This document shows, piece after piece, positions 38,201 to 50,566 of a stretch of 64,000 nucleotides of DNA; positions within the stretch are counted from its first letter, which is position 1, and each line of letters starts with the position of its first letter. The stretch spans positions 14,278,871-14,342,870 of the forward strand of contig NC_092676.1 in NCBI RefSeq assembly GCF_964355755.1, given 5' to 3'. Source of the stretch: Antedon mediterranea (Eukaryota > Animalia > Echinodermata). Made by a program: the position numbers and the translations under genes. A model generated the notes under the pieces. The model had not been told where the DNA came from. It saw only the letters and a list, made by a program, of their open reading frames with translations, and made no database searches.

Positions 38201-41200
38201 TACCATGTGTATATTAATCATGCATCATGCAGTTTGTTGCCCGAATGCTGAACATGTATGTGCTCACCATGCGCGTTTGTTGCCCGAATGCTGAACATGT
38301 ATGTGCTCACCATGCGTGTTTGTTGCCCGAACGAACAACTTTTTTTTTAGTCTGTACAGTTCAAAATGTCATATTGCATACATTCAGGAATTTTTCGATG
38401 AACAATAAAATCAAATTTTGCATGAAAATATTGAGTAAACATTTTGTCTTTCCGTTACAGTCTTTCCGTTACCAAATCTTATACTAAACACTTAATTTCA
38501 AATGAAATGTGTTTTGGGAAACAGTTTAGAGCTGTATTACGTTTCATGTGACGCAAAATTCAGGTACACTGTATGTAGCCACCCCCTCGTACCGACTAAA
38601 AAAAACATGCGAGAGGTTTGCGGTGGTAAAACAGAGTATCGCGTTTCATGACATTTGACCAAAAAACTAGGTCTGTATTAATTATGGTCTTCTGTCGGCA
38701 GTCTTTTTGAGCGACCGATTGAACGTATACTATATTTAGAATGAATTTGTTACGATCTTTTTGTTTGCATCGTTTCTGGATCGACTGGAAGTTCACTATA
38801 TTATTTTTATTAGTTGGCCTAGTTCATTGTGTTGGATCGTGCCTCTACGTTTACATTGTGGGAAATTTATATTCGCACACACAAATGAAACGATTACGAT
38901 TAAAAAATATTATATATATTTCTTAGTAATTATGTACAAATTGGTCCTCCTCCGCCAGTCAAAATTAACACATTAATTAATAATTTTCACACCTTGTTAC
39001 TTCACTAAGAACATCGTAGGGTTGTTTATTTAAGTTACTAACGAAGCCAAACAATGTAACCTACAAAGCCAACAACGTAGCCTGTTTTATCTACGAAGCT
39101 ACTTCGTAGGAAAAGTTGCGGTATTTTCTGATATATAATTTGCGCAGCGACAATCCTTTGTATCTGCCACGCCCGCCCTGGCTAACTTTTGTGTACGGCG
39201 GTACAATTGTTTTTATATTCCTTCTTTAAAACGAAGGTTATTTTCCACGAGGTTTGTGGTGTCTTTTTGTGTGATTGGGTAAAGCATGCAATAAATGGAC
39301 GAACTTCCAATCAGGAGTGTAAAATGTTTAGGGGCTTTGTATGCTTGAATGAACCGGACTCCTTTGCGGCGGTGACGTGTGGAAACTCCTGAGCCTTCCG
39401 CCGTAGTAGAGAGATTAAATTACAACAGTGTTTGAAATAGGGAAAGCACACCTAACTTCAATTTGAAACAACTCGCACAAACAGACGATAGCGCGACCTA
39501 TTCTGTTTCTTTAGTCGCAAACAGAAAAATTACCAAATACCCCTTAATTTGCAGCCCTGGCTGTTGTATTTCAAAAGCAATAGTATAAACAAAATATTTT
39601 CTGAACATAAGATTATTTTTTTTAGAAACTACACCTATGATACACATGAATAGCTACTTACCAGACCTAAAGGTCCAATTTTTGGTGCAAGGGTTGAAGT
39701 AGCACCAACTTCACCTCCAACAGCCCTCAAACACACTAAAAAAAATATTTTTGCTTTTAATAGGTTATCACAATGAAAGCGGACAGAGGGGTATCACTTT
39801 TGAAATATTAACAAGAAAAGTCATCAGACAAACATCACCAGAGCCAAGCGTAAAAAAAAACAAAAATAACAGTGTTCAGGGGATTTCAGAAAACTGTAAA
39901 ATGTTTATTTATTAAATTGATAACTGTATCAATCAATTGTTTTGATCATTATTACAAAATACAACGAAAATTATTTTTCTTTAATCATAGTGATTTAGTC
40001 ATGCTCTCTTTCTAAATATAAATTTCACACAGTTGAGGCACGATGGCACCACACTGTGAACCTCAGTAAACTAGTATGTAGGCCTAGGCCAACTCCTAAA
40101 AATAATATAGCGAACGTTCAGCCGATCCAGAAACAATGCCGACAACTGGTACTGGTCCTTGTAACCGTGATACTAGATCACATATGGTGGCTATTCCGGG
40201 GTAGCACTAACATTTCATTTTGTTTAGCCATTTGGCAAAAGTCAAAATATTTTTTTGTAGTCAAATCAGTTTATCTATAGCCAAAATGGCTAAAGTACAA
40301 TTTTGTTATCGCTGTGGTTAGGATTCCGGCACCGGAACTCAACTGCCCACCGTTAGGGAATCCGACACGCTATTGCGTATGCCCAGAGCTCTGGGAAGTG
40401 AATTATAGCTTGTGCCACACACCACACTACCACTGCTTAGAGTCGGAGTGTTAGGATTTACTGTAGCCTAGTTAGTCGTTGCGCGAGCGAGAGAGCGATG
40501 GATGAAACTTGGCCTAGGCCATACATGAATTAATAATTAAAATACGACTACGCCACGCGTTAAAATAATTATTATGATATTAATAAGAATCAGTATCTAT
40601 CTACCGTAAGAATCGTAATGCTGTAGTTAGCGTTGCGACCCCGACTTCCCGAACAGTTTTTTCACATCCACGCGGTGGCTGCCGTCAACAAATTAACTTG
40701 TGATTGCATGTTATGTACAGTTATAATGCGTTATATGAAATCTTTTATTTTGTACTTTTTGTACTATAACTAGGCAACTCATGTAATTATATAATTCATA
40801 ATTATATGAAGTTTATATATGAATGAAGCAACCACTTTTTAATCACAAAATAAATAGGCCCACTGGTCACGTCTAGCTGGTAGGCCTAGCCTATATAGTA
40901 TTTACTATTAGTGGATCCCGTATTAGTAGGCATCTACGCTAGTTCGCCGTGGCGGAGCTATGAAATGATCCATCGCTGTTGATAAAGTATAGAGTCGCCG
41001 ATTACCGGCGCTCTGGGCATGCGCAATAGCGTGTCAGATTCCCTAACGGTGGGCAGTTGAGTTCCGGTGCCGGAATCCTAACCACACCGTTTTTTTATTT
41101 AGCCAAATGAATCGGTTTTTAGCTAAAATTTAAAATTTTTTACATTTTAGTAAATTTATCTATGTCATATTAACTTATGAATACATTGTTATCCATAATA

Positions 41201-41809
41201 ATATAAATAGAACTTCTATTAAAACGAAACGAGCAAAAGTTAGCAATTGGCGGCGGCTCAACTTGGCCTAGGGCCTAGGCCTTAATCAGACGTATGGACG
41301 TCTGGGACATGCACAGATGGTTGGGAGAGTTTATTACTAATTAGCCATGGAATTTGCTGTGGTGATATATAGATGGCTATTTTAAGCAGTAATATATATT
41401 ATAGACATTGGATTTTCCCCACGTGGGAAAGAAGTACCCAGATATATCTTTACTCCATGGATATTATAGGCCCGGGCCTAGCTAGGCGAGTATGTAGGCC
41501 ATACTACTAAACGAGAGGCCTAGGCCTAGATAGGGTGAATACAATAGATTCAGGGACGATTCAAATAAATCACTATCGAATAACCTATGCCTACACTAGT
41601 GTAGTGATAGATAAGCAGGCTTCATTTTTAAACTTTTTATTGTTGAAGTAGGCATATTTATAAAAGTCATCATCTCCTTAAAAAAAACAGACCGAATCAT
41701 TCTGCTGCCGAACAATCTCAGCACGACACTTACAAAATCAAATGTAATATTTTACTAAAAAACGACACTAACCAATTTTAATTTCATTCGGATCGAATTT
41801 TGGTGGCAT
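32295..41809 (-). CDS. RPL12: 60S ribosomal protein L12 (uL11), 5 coding exons, 165 aa
   Basis: Exons 41809-41773, 39735-39662, 33560-33380, 32640-32441 and 32300-32295 give [50 protein letters not shown]...[19 protein letters not shown]...IPEK*. Confidence 0.98.
32887..34165 (+). mobile_element. Degenerate Helentron-like copy split around RPL12 exon 3
   Basis: The 5' hairpin GTTATCCGC..GCGGATAAC and body (32887-33142) match 47242 onward; the match resumes collinearly at ~33701. Confidence 0.7.
34913..35515 (+). mobile_element. ~600-bp MITE, copy 1, 6-bp TSD ACAACA
   Basis: CAGGGCATCA...TGATGCCTG termini, (G)GAGAGCG subterminal repeats and ACAACA on both sides. Confidence 0.85.
36376..37007 (+). 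mobile_element. ~630-bp MITE, copy 2, 6-bp TSD CGGGAC
   Basis: Near-identical to 34913-35515; CAGGGCATCA...TGATGCCCTG with CGGGAC on both sides. Confidence 0.9.
40310..41089. mobile_element. MITE with ~80-bp TIRs nested in an older repeat in RPL12 intron 1
   Basis: TGTGGTTAGGATTCCGGCACCGGAACTCAACTGCCCACCGTTAGGGAATC is inverted at 41038-41086; the flanks match the repeat at 37590-37710. Confidence 0.85.
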
Positions 41810-41899
41810 CTTTCTGTATTAGTCTTTAATTTTGGTTTTAAAAAAACAAAGCGTTTGTGTCGGATGAGCCCGATTAGACACTACCGAAAAGTTACACTT

Positions 41900-42158
41900 C
41901 ACGCCTTGGGGAGAGAGAGCCTAGAAAGGCCGGATCACCGTCAACCGATCACAACACAAACGTATTCATCAGCAGGCAAAGATTGTATAGCGCCGCTACT
42001 ATCGTAGCTAAAGAAGCGGCGCTCTATACACAATCTTTGCAGAGTAGTAGCCGCCGCCGCATCACATCATCATGGTGACATCACAAAAATAATATTAGAA
42101 GAGGGACAAAGTTGCTGTAGGCCCTGGCTAGTAGGCCTAGCCAACAACTACAGAAAAG
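41900..42158. promoter_or_regulatory. Probable bidirectional promoter: RPL12 pyrimidine (TOP/TCT-like) start plus a divergent non-coding first exon
   Basis: Minus-strand CTTTCTAGGCTCTCTCTCCCC lies ~110 nt before the RPL12 ATG; palindrome 41976-42040 with TATAGCGCC; plus-strand GCCGCCGCC... ending at donor-like AAG/GTAAAA ~42158. Confidence 0.5.
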
Positions 42159-42352
42159 GTAAAATATATGAATATTTTAACTGGTTCATGTGGGCTTAGT
42201 AGGCCTGGTATTCAAATTCTTTGCAAATTATTTGTGACCAATAAATAATAAGCCCCATCCTCTAGGCCTAGCCTACTACTAATCGGTTACTCTACTACTA
42301 CTACTAGGGTCTAGGTAGGCCTAGCCTAGGCTAGGTCTACTACTAGCCTAGG

Positions 42353-44961
42353 CATAGTTGCCATTTCTGGCATTATTATGCTTTTTGGCATTATTTGGAG
42401 GCCCACGGCATCTGGCATAATGCCGCGGCATTATTTAGCCGTTTTTAGCATAATCTGGCATAATTTTGTGTTTTTTGAACAACCAAAAAAATAATATACC
42501 ACAGAACAAAAATAAAATATTTTGTTAATAAATATCACCTTACACAATATCATATCATACAAAACAGATCTGTTCGGGTTTTCCGTACAATAGTTCTTCC
42601 ATCCTTTCGTTTCGGACTTAATCGACTCTTCGGATAGGAAGGCTGCTCAAAAACTACCGTGTCTGCGATATAGGCAGCACAACAAATCCGAAGAGGCTAG
42701 CAATTGGCCAATTATGTTGCTCTATTTCAGAGACCATGCAGGTTATTGGATCCCCAGCGTAAGGGCAAAATTCGGTAAACTGCGCCTTACTTCTAGAATT
42801 TTTACTCGATGGTATATAAAGTTGGTTCGTACTTTCGGTACTGATTTTAACCACCTGATGTAACCCTGTATACTAATTAAATTAAGTTAGATAAGTAGTT
42901 ATTGACGATTAAAACGAATTTAGGTTCAACGATTTGCCCCAAATAGGGTGTTTTCCGATCGTGGTATACACTGTCTAATGGATGTCCATCTTGAAAAATA
43001 CCCGCCAAAAAAATGCGAGGAGGCTTCGCATTTTCCTATCTCCTCCTATGATAATTGTTTTTAATAGCTGAAAACCGGTTGAACAGCTAGAGTACAGCAT
43101 CATAATGTTGAAGACAGGCCGATTTTCTTTAAAAAATACTATTTTGATAGATTTAATATACGTTTATAGAAATGTATTGATTTTCAATGAATGGAACATT
43201 CCAAATTATTGCATACCTCCATGGTTTAAAACAAGTAGGTAAATTTATAGACCCTTGGAGAATAAACAGAAATAGTATTGTAATGCTATACAATACTGCA
43301 AATAGGTATTAACCACTTTTGATCGCCATTTGAATCAAAAGTGTGTTGGTACTGTTAGATATAATATAAACAAATATACTAATAAACTTTATCACTGTGA
43401 GTGTTGGTAGCCCCTACTTTTAGATTATAAACACATAATTATATAATACTTTATTACTGTCAATTGTTTCTCAACGTTTGTATTAATTAATAATTACAAA
43501 AATATAAACGTATTAGTGGTCTTTAAATGTACTTTACTATTTCAATCGACCATGAGACAGTGACAGTTTTAATAAAGTATTAAATCGGAAATGTTTTACT
43601 CTATTTAGTGGTATATTATTAATTTATAGGCCTATAAAAAAATATTTCGTTAATGATTGGATAATAAAGAAATATAAAGAATAATTTAACAAAATTGGGT
43701 TTGTTAAAATGAGTCCAAAATAACAAATTTCGACTCATTTTGTGACAAGTTTCTAGGTGCTAATTTTGGTTGACTACATAAATCATTGTGTCTATTTATT
43801 TGTTTCTGTAAACGACAATGTTTTATAGTCCTGCCGTACGTACATTTGAAACCGACAGTTTTTTTACGCTGAAATTACTATGTATTCGAGAACCATCTGT
43901 GGGCACGAACTAGATGGTACGCAAGCGAAGAGAGCGTACCATCTAGTAGAGACAATTGAACGAAAACATTATGAAAGGGGTTTTGTTTTTTCAGTTCATA
44001 ATTATAAGCGGCCACACCCCTACCCCAACCCTTAAAATGGCAATTTCCGGTAACTAGAAGCTCTAATTTTAAAAAGAATTTCTTCTAGAGAATTTGTTTT
44101 CCATATTTCAAATTATGTTCCATTTGCATCATCGTAGCAACCCTATATTTCCAAATTTTCTTCACCTCTCAGTGTGACCATGATGGAGCGAGGTCCTAGG
44201 GACTCTTAATACATTGTTATTTAAAATTAAGTGCAATTTCCGGCCATCTAGCAGCTCTATTTTTCCAATTTGTTTTACCTCAGCCCCAACCATGGTGGGG
44301 CTGAGGTCCTGGAAACACTTAATATATATTTTTATTTCCTATTTTAAATTATAATTGGCACTTTCAAAACTATCATGGGCTAAGATCCTGGAGGTACTAA
44401 TAAATTAATTTTTATTTTATATTTGAAATTAAGTGCCATTTCCGGCCATTGAGCAGCTCTATATTTTTCAAATTTTCTTACCTCAGCCCCACCATGGTTG
44501 GGGCTGAGGTCCTGGAGACACAATTAATATATATTTTGATTTCCTATTTTAAATTATAATTGCCATTTTCGAACTATGGTGGGCTAAGATCATGGAGACA
44601 CTAATAAATATATTTTTATTTCATATTTTAAATTAAGTGCCATTTCCGGCCATCGAGTAGCTGTATTTTTCCAAATTTTGGTTGGTGTTGGTGTCATTTG
44701 CAATTACCATTTTTGCACCCCAGATATTTAGAATTATTAGTTATTACTCACAAAACTAAAAATATAAATTTTGTATGACATGGGGATACAATTTTAGGCC
44801 CTATTTTGTGTCAGTTGGGGTTTTACAAACGTTTATTAGACATACAACCGTTGGTGGCGCTGTTTAGGACCACATTTTGGGGATCTGGCATTATTTTTCC
44901 CAATCTGGCATTATTTGAGACAGGATACGGCATAATTTAAATTTTATCGCTGGCAACGCTG
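42353..44961. mobile_element. Non-autonomous hAT-like element, 8-bp TSD AGCCTAGG
   Basis: Termini CATAGTTGCCA / TGGCAACGCTG, TGGCATTAT subterminal repeats, TSD at 42345-42352 and 44962-44969; internal ~200-bp tandem units at 44030-44680. Confidence 0.85.
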
Positions 44962-45131
44962 AGCCTAGGTAGGCCTAGGCCTAGACTTTTTTTAGAGGCC
45001 TAGAGGTTAGGGCTGCGGGAGCGACTAGCAAAACCGCTAGGCTAGAGGGCAACAGATATTTCAAGGGAATAGAAAAGTGTGACCCTTACTTACTTACACT
45101 GTTTAAAAGGGGTCAACTTGCGCACGAATTT

Positions 45132-45475
45132 ATGCACTTGTCAATTGTATGACCCACTATACGACCCCCGGGAGAGGTGCGTCATGGGTGCGTCATTTAC
45201 AAATAATTACTGACGCAGGGCTGCGTCAAAAAACCTAGATGGTACGTCACATCAATGAACAAGGTGTGTCAATGTCCGTCACTTTACCACCCACCATATC
45301 ATAAACAACATGGCCACAGTGCGTCAAAATGGGTGCGTCATGGTCACCTAAAGGTAAGTCACCTTTTTGACGCACGGGTGCGTCATGGTATTCAAAAGTA
45401 TGACGCACATCTGACAAATGACGCACCTCTCCCTCCCGGGGGTCGTATAGTGGGTCATGCAATTGACAAGTGCAT
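45132..45475. mobile_element. Palindromic MITE (possibly Crypton-type)
   Basis: About 55-bp inverted ends ATGCACTTGTCAATTG...CAATTGACAAGTGCAT; internal GGTGCGTCA repeats. Confidence 0.7.
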
Positions 45476-47178
45476 TACGAACTCTGATTGCCTATTCAGA
45501 AAAAACGAATGACACTATGATTTTGGTAGGGTTACCAAGAGTTGACTCCATTGTTATTGCCACGATTCAACTCCGCGTACATCACCATTCACGCTATGTC
45601 ATTGACGCGACAATTCCTCCAATTGGTAAACACATTTTTATGTATTATTATTCTTAAAGACCCCTTCCCTACGTTTTTAAGATCTAATTTAAAGAATATC
45701 ACAGATACACCTATATGAGTTGTTTATTTTGGAAGTACTTTTTGTGCTGAACACATATTTGATATAATTTTTTGTTTTTAACAATCGTAAATTGCAGAAA
45801 ATACATAATTTTAATATTTTTCTAAGCCCCGCCCCCGGCGATGTTCAGCGAAGCGCGTCCAAGCCCTGTGACGTCGAAGCAGTAACATTAGCTTTCTTGG
45901 GATCGCTTGCCTCCTCCTGTATCGTGCGCTATCACACACATTTACACAGTACTTTTTTATTCGCTATTCGCTATTTATCGTGTTGAAAGAGATGGATTAT
46001 ATACAGCCGTATCAATTTGAACCACTAGCAAATGAAGATGAGAGTGCTAGAAGTATTGCAGAAGATGCATTAGTAATCGAAAAAGAGAAGAGACTGGAAA
46101 ATACGGAATGGTAAGTTTTGATTTTAAATTAGAAAGGCCAGCCTCCCCATGTCTGTGAAGTTGGTTACTAGTTCCTAGTTCCTTATTCAAATTCAATTAA
46201 AGGGACAGTCACAAATATTTTTAAAAACAGATTTTAATACGTAATAACTGTCTAATTGAGTTGTTATTGCATCGACATGTTAGCCTTGACCTCCTACTTT
46301 TTCCGGTCAAAGTTCAATAACATTTTATGCATTTACGCCCTCTACGGCGAATAACAACTAGCTTTTACGAACGTTATAACACTTGACCTACTTAATATTT
46401 TCAAAATATTTTGGTATAGATCGATAACCCTTGACCTACTCTACCACTTTCCACCCTAGTTCCGCGAACTTTTTTGCATCTACGCCCTTTACGGCGAATA
46501 AGTAACTGGCTTTACAAACGTTATAACACTTGACCTGCTTAATTTTTTCAAAATATTTTGGTATGAATCGATCACCCTTGACCTACTCTACCGTTTTCCA
46601 CCCCAGTTCCGCGAACTTGTTTGCGTCTACGCCCTCTACGGTGAATAAGTAACTGGCTTTACGAACGTTATAACACTTGACCTACTTAATTTTTTCAAAA
46701 TTTTTTGGTAGGGATCGAGCACCCTTGACCTACTTTACCATTTGCCACCCCAGTTCCGCGAACTTTTATGCATCTATGCCCTCTACGGCAAATAAGTAAC
46801 TTGCTTTACGAACGTTATAACACTTGACCTACTTAATTTTTTCAAAATATTTTGGTATGGATCGATCACCCTTGACCTACTCTACCATTTGTCATCCCAG
46901 TTCCGCGAACTTTTTTGCGTCTACGCCCTCAAAGGCGAATAACTAGCTTTTACGAACGTTATAACACTTGACATACTTAATTTTTCCAAAATATTTTGGT
47001 ATGAATCGATCACCCTTGACCTATCGTAACTATTATCACTCAATGAATAGTGTGCGCTTTTTAATTGTTAATATTAACGGTAACAGTATTAATGAATATG
47101 TTAATTTTGCTGTTATAAGGTAGTGTAAACTGTTTTTAAGTAACAGTTGCTGTAATGACATTTTAAAAAAAACATTAG

Positions 47179-50100
47179 TTAGTTATCCGCTTAGTAGCGG
47201 ATAACTCCTTGTGATTGTAGTGGATCAATATTTTTTTTTTTGGTTATCCGCAACTTTTTAAGTTGCGGATAACCCTTGTTATTGTAAATATCTTTTTTTT
47301 TTTCATCTTTATTCTTCTTTCTTTCCCGGATTTTTGTGCGCAGCATATCCCCTATTGCTTGTTACTATATCATATATATAACTTTTTCATCATATGGACA
47401 TTTACCTGAAGTTGTGCACCTCCATATTTTGAATGACGTCAGAGTTGCGCAACGTGACCTACGCGCGATTTTATGAATTGCAATGATTGGTCATAGATTA
47501 TAAACCAAAAGTCATTTTGTTTTGACACTTAGTGAAAATTTAAGTCATATCAAGGGCAAACTTTCTATGGATTAAAAATGACATGTTTCACAAGAAGTTA
47601 AGCGCGCACGCGCATTTAAAGTTTCAAAATGCGCAAAATTAATTTCTAATCAACTTTCTACGCTGATCATGACATTTTGAGCATGTCAAAAATTCCCGCG
47701 CGCGCAAACAAATTTACGCGTCTGGTGCGCACGGAGCATAAAAATCATGTTTTTTCTCTTGAATTATGATTTTCCAGCCTTTCCTAGTCATTTTAAAAAA
47801 GATTGACATCATTTCAAATTAAAATGACGTCATACGAACATGTTGATTTAGACAATTTGCGCGCATTTTAGTTGAAAAAGTTGCAAAATAATGTCAAAAT
47901 TATGCCTACTTTGAATCTATTATAGCTCCTCAGGATCAACCGTTACCCCCAATGTTTTTAATTTAATATGTAAGCAGATATGTTGTAGATATGAATTCAT
48001 GCAGAATCTTTACCCCTCGGATGTTATGACGTCATCGTATGGCCACACGAATGTAAAATATTGGATTTTTGACTGTTTCGTTATTGCTCATTACATTAAA
48101 TAGAGCGCATATCGCTTATACGTATTCCATTTCCTCATATATTTTAATACTGTCTAGGTCAATCAACTATCTTTCGCATGAGTTAAAAATATTTTAATTT
48201 TTATGACGTCATCATGTCTAAAAATGTAAATAATATGGGTCACTTATTTTTATCTTTACAGTAAATTTCAATCGGTTATAGCTCGTCAGAATTATAAGTG
48301 ATAATCATGATTAAAACGTTTTCTGGAAGCTATTGGATTGTAGATACGAATTCATGTGAATATTTTGCCAATCAGATGTTGTGATGTCATCATATGGCCA
48401 GTTAAATTCAAAAAGTCATATTTTCATCTCTTGCGTAAAAGTTCATTGCGTTTAAACGAGAGCGCATCTCACTTTCACGTGCCCAAAATTCTTAAAATTT
48501 GTATTAATGTAATTATTTAGATAATTATCTTCTAAAATTGTTATCTTTATATGCCAATTTGATGACGTCATCGTGTTAATAATTGGATTTAAAAGATGGG
48601 TCTCGTAATTTCGTCTATTCTACACTGTATATAACATACAGTGTATTCTGTAAACACTGTAATATGCTGTATGCTACAAAATAGGTACAATTCAGCACTG
48701 TAAACAATCTTAATTCATGTCATAGGATGGTATAATAATTGTCGAAGTTCATATAGTTTAAAGTATGTGCATGTTGTGTTTGCGCGGATAACCCGAACTC
48801 GTCAAAGTGACGAGTTCAAATCTAGTTTTTCTGTATTATTCTTATTTCTTTCCCATTTTTTTGTGAGTCACGTTTCTCTAAAATGTGTAAACGTAACATT
48901 TTATAACTTTGACAACATGTGGGCATTTACGTGAAGTTGTGCATCTCCTATTTTGAATGACGTCAGAGTTGCGCAACGTGACTTGCGCGCGATTTTATGA
49001 TTTTTAATGATTGATCATAGCTTAAAAACCAAGAGTAATTTTTTGTTTACCCTTTATGAAAATTTAAGTCATATCAAGGGCAAACTGTTAGTGCACTAAA
49101 AATGGCATGTTTTACAAAAAGTTACGCGTGCACGCGCATTTAAAATTTCAAAATGCGCAAAATTAATTTATAATCAACTTTCTACGCATTTCATGTCATT
49201 TTAAGCATGTAAAAAATTCCACGCGTGCGCACATTTTTACGTGTGCGGTGCGCACGTAGCATTAAAAACATGTTTTTTTCGAGTGATTTATGTTTTTCCA
49301 GTCTTTTATAGTAATTTTACCAACTTTTAATCACTTTCGACTTAAAAGTTACGTCATACGAGCACGTCGAATTGGACAATTTGCGCTCGTTTTTGATTAA
49401 AAAATACAAAAATATGTCAAAATTATGCCTTTTTTTAAACAGTCGTAATTTCTAAACTACACGGTCAACTTTTTGTGGATGACATATTCCGGAAGTTGAT
49501 GAGTTGTAGATATCGGATCATGTATTAATATGGCTAACCGGACATTTTAACGTCATCGTATGGCCACGCGAATATAAAATTGAGGATTTTTGTATCTTTC
49601 GTCATAGCTCATCACATTTAATAGAGCGCATCTCCACTTATCCATTTTCCATTTTCACCCCGATTTTGATATTGTCTAGGTCAATCAACTATCTTTCGCA
49701 TGAGTTAAAAATATTTTAATGATTATGACGTCATCATGCCTAAAAATTTAAATTACATGTGGCATTAATTTCATCTTTACAGAACATTTTAATCTGTTAT
49801 AGCTCGTAAGAATAAAATGTGATAATCACAATTAAAACGTTTTCTGGAAGCTATTGGATTGTAGATACAAAATCATGTAAAAATTTGGCAAATCGGATGT
49901 TGTGACGTCATCATATGGCCAGTTAAATAAAAAAAGTCGTATTTTCATATTTTGCGTCATAGTTCATTACATTTAAAAGAGCGCGCATTAATATTTTACG
50001 TATTAAAATTTCTTCTACACGTTAATATGTTGTTGCTGAGATAATTTCCTTCCGAAATTCCTATATCAGTGTTTCATTTTCATACCGTCACCATGTTAAA

Positions 50101-50348
50101 AATTGGAATAAATGACGGGACCCGTAATTTCGCCTATCCTACACTGTATTAATATGTATACAGATTATACTATGTATACTGTAAATAGTATATGACACAA
50201 AATATACAGCATTTAGCACTAACAACATATTATACTCTTCAGTTCATGTCAATATGCCATAATCTTTTTCTGTGTCCAATGTATGACGTGCACGTGGCGT
50301 TTGTCGTGCGGATAACTAACTCGTCAAAGTGACGAGTTTCATGTCTAG
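47179..50348 (+). mobile_element. Two nested ~1.55-kb non-autonomous Helentron/Helitron-like elements
   Basis: 5' hairpins GTTATCCGC..GCGGATAAC at 47181 and 47242; 3' GCGGATAAC + stem-loop ACTCGTCAAAGTGACGAGT + CTAG ending at 48825 and 50348. Confidence 0.85.
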
Positions 50349-50566
50349 TTCAGCTTTGTTTTTTTTTTTGTGCGCTTATAGATGGGTACTGTAAGATGAT
50401 GTCATTGTATGTGGGTGATTTTTAATTCAGAGATTTGTTTAAACATTCTAGGTCTACAGTGGTAAAATATTTAGTAATTTATAGATTTTATAATGAAAGA
50501 CATTTATGCCGTAAACCATATGCGTAAGAACACAACAACTTAATGTGATGCAACATTTAAATACAA

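Noticed and set aside
39760-39840. Possible intronic snoRNA in RPL12 (CTGATGA on the minus strand)
   Set aside because: No matching D box/terminal stem or clear H/ACA hairpins were seen, and the segment abuts a dispersed repeat. A covariance-model search would be needed.
46334-47022. Regular repeats as a CRISPR array
   Set aside because: Whole 147-bp units repeat with no unique spacers; the context is eukaryotic and there are no cas genes.
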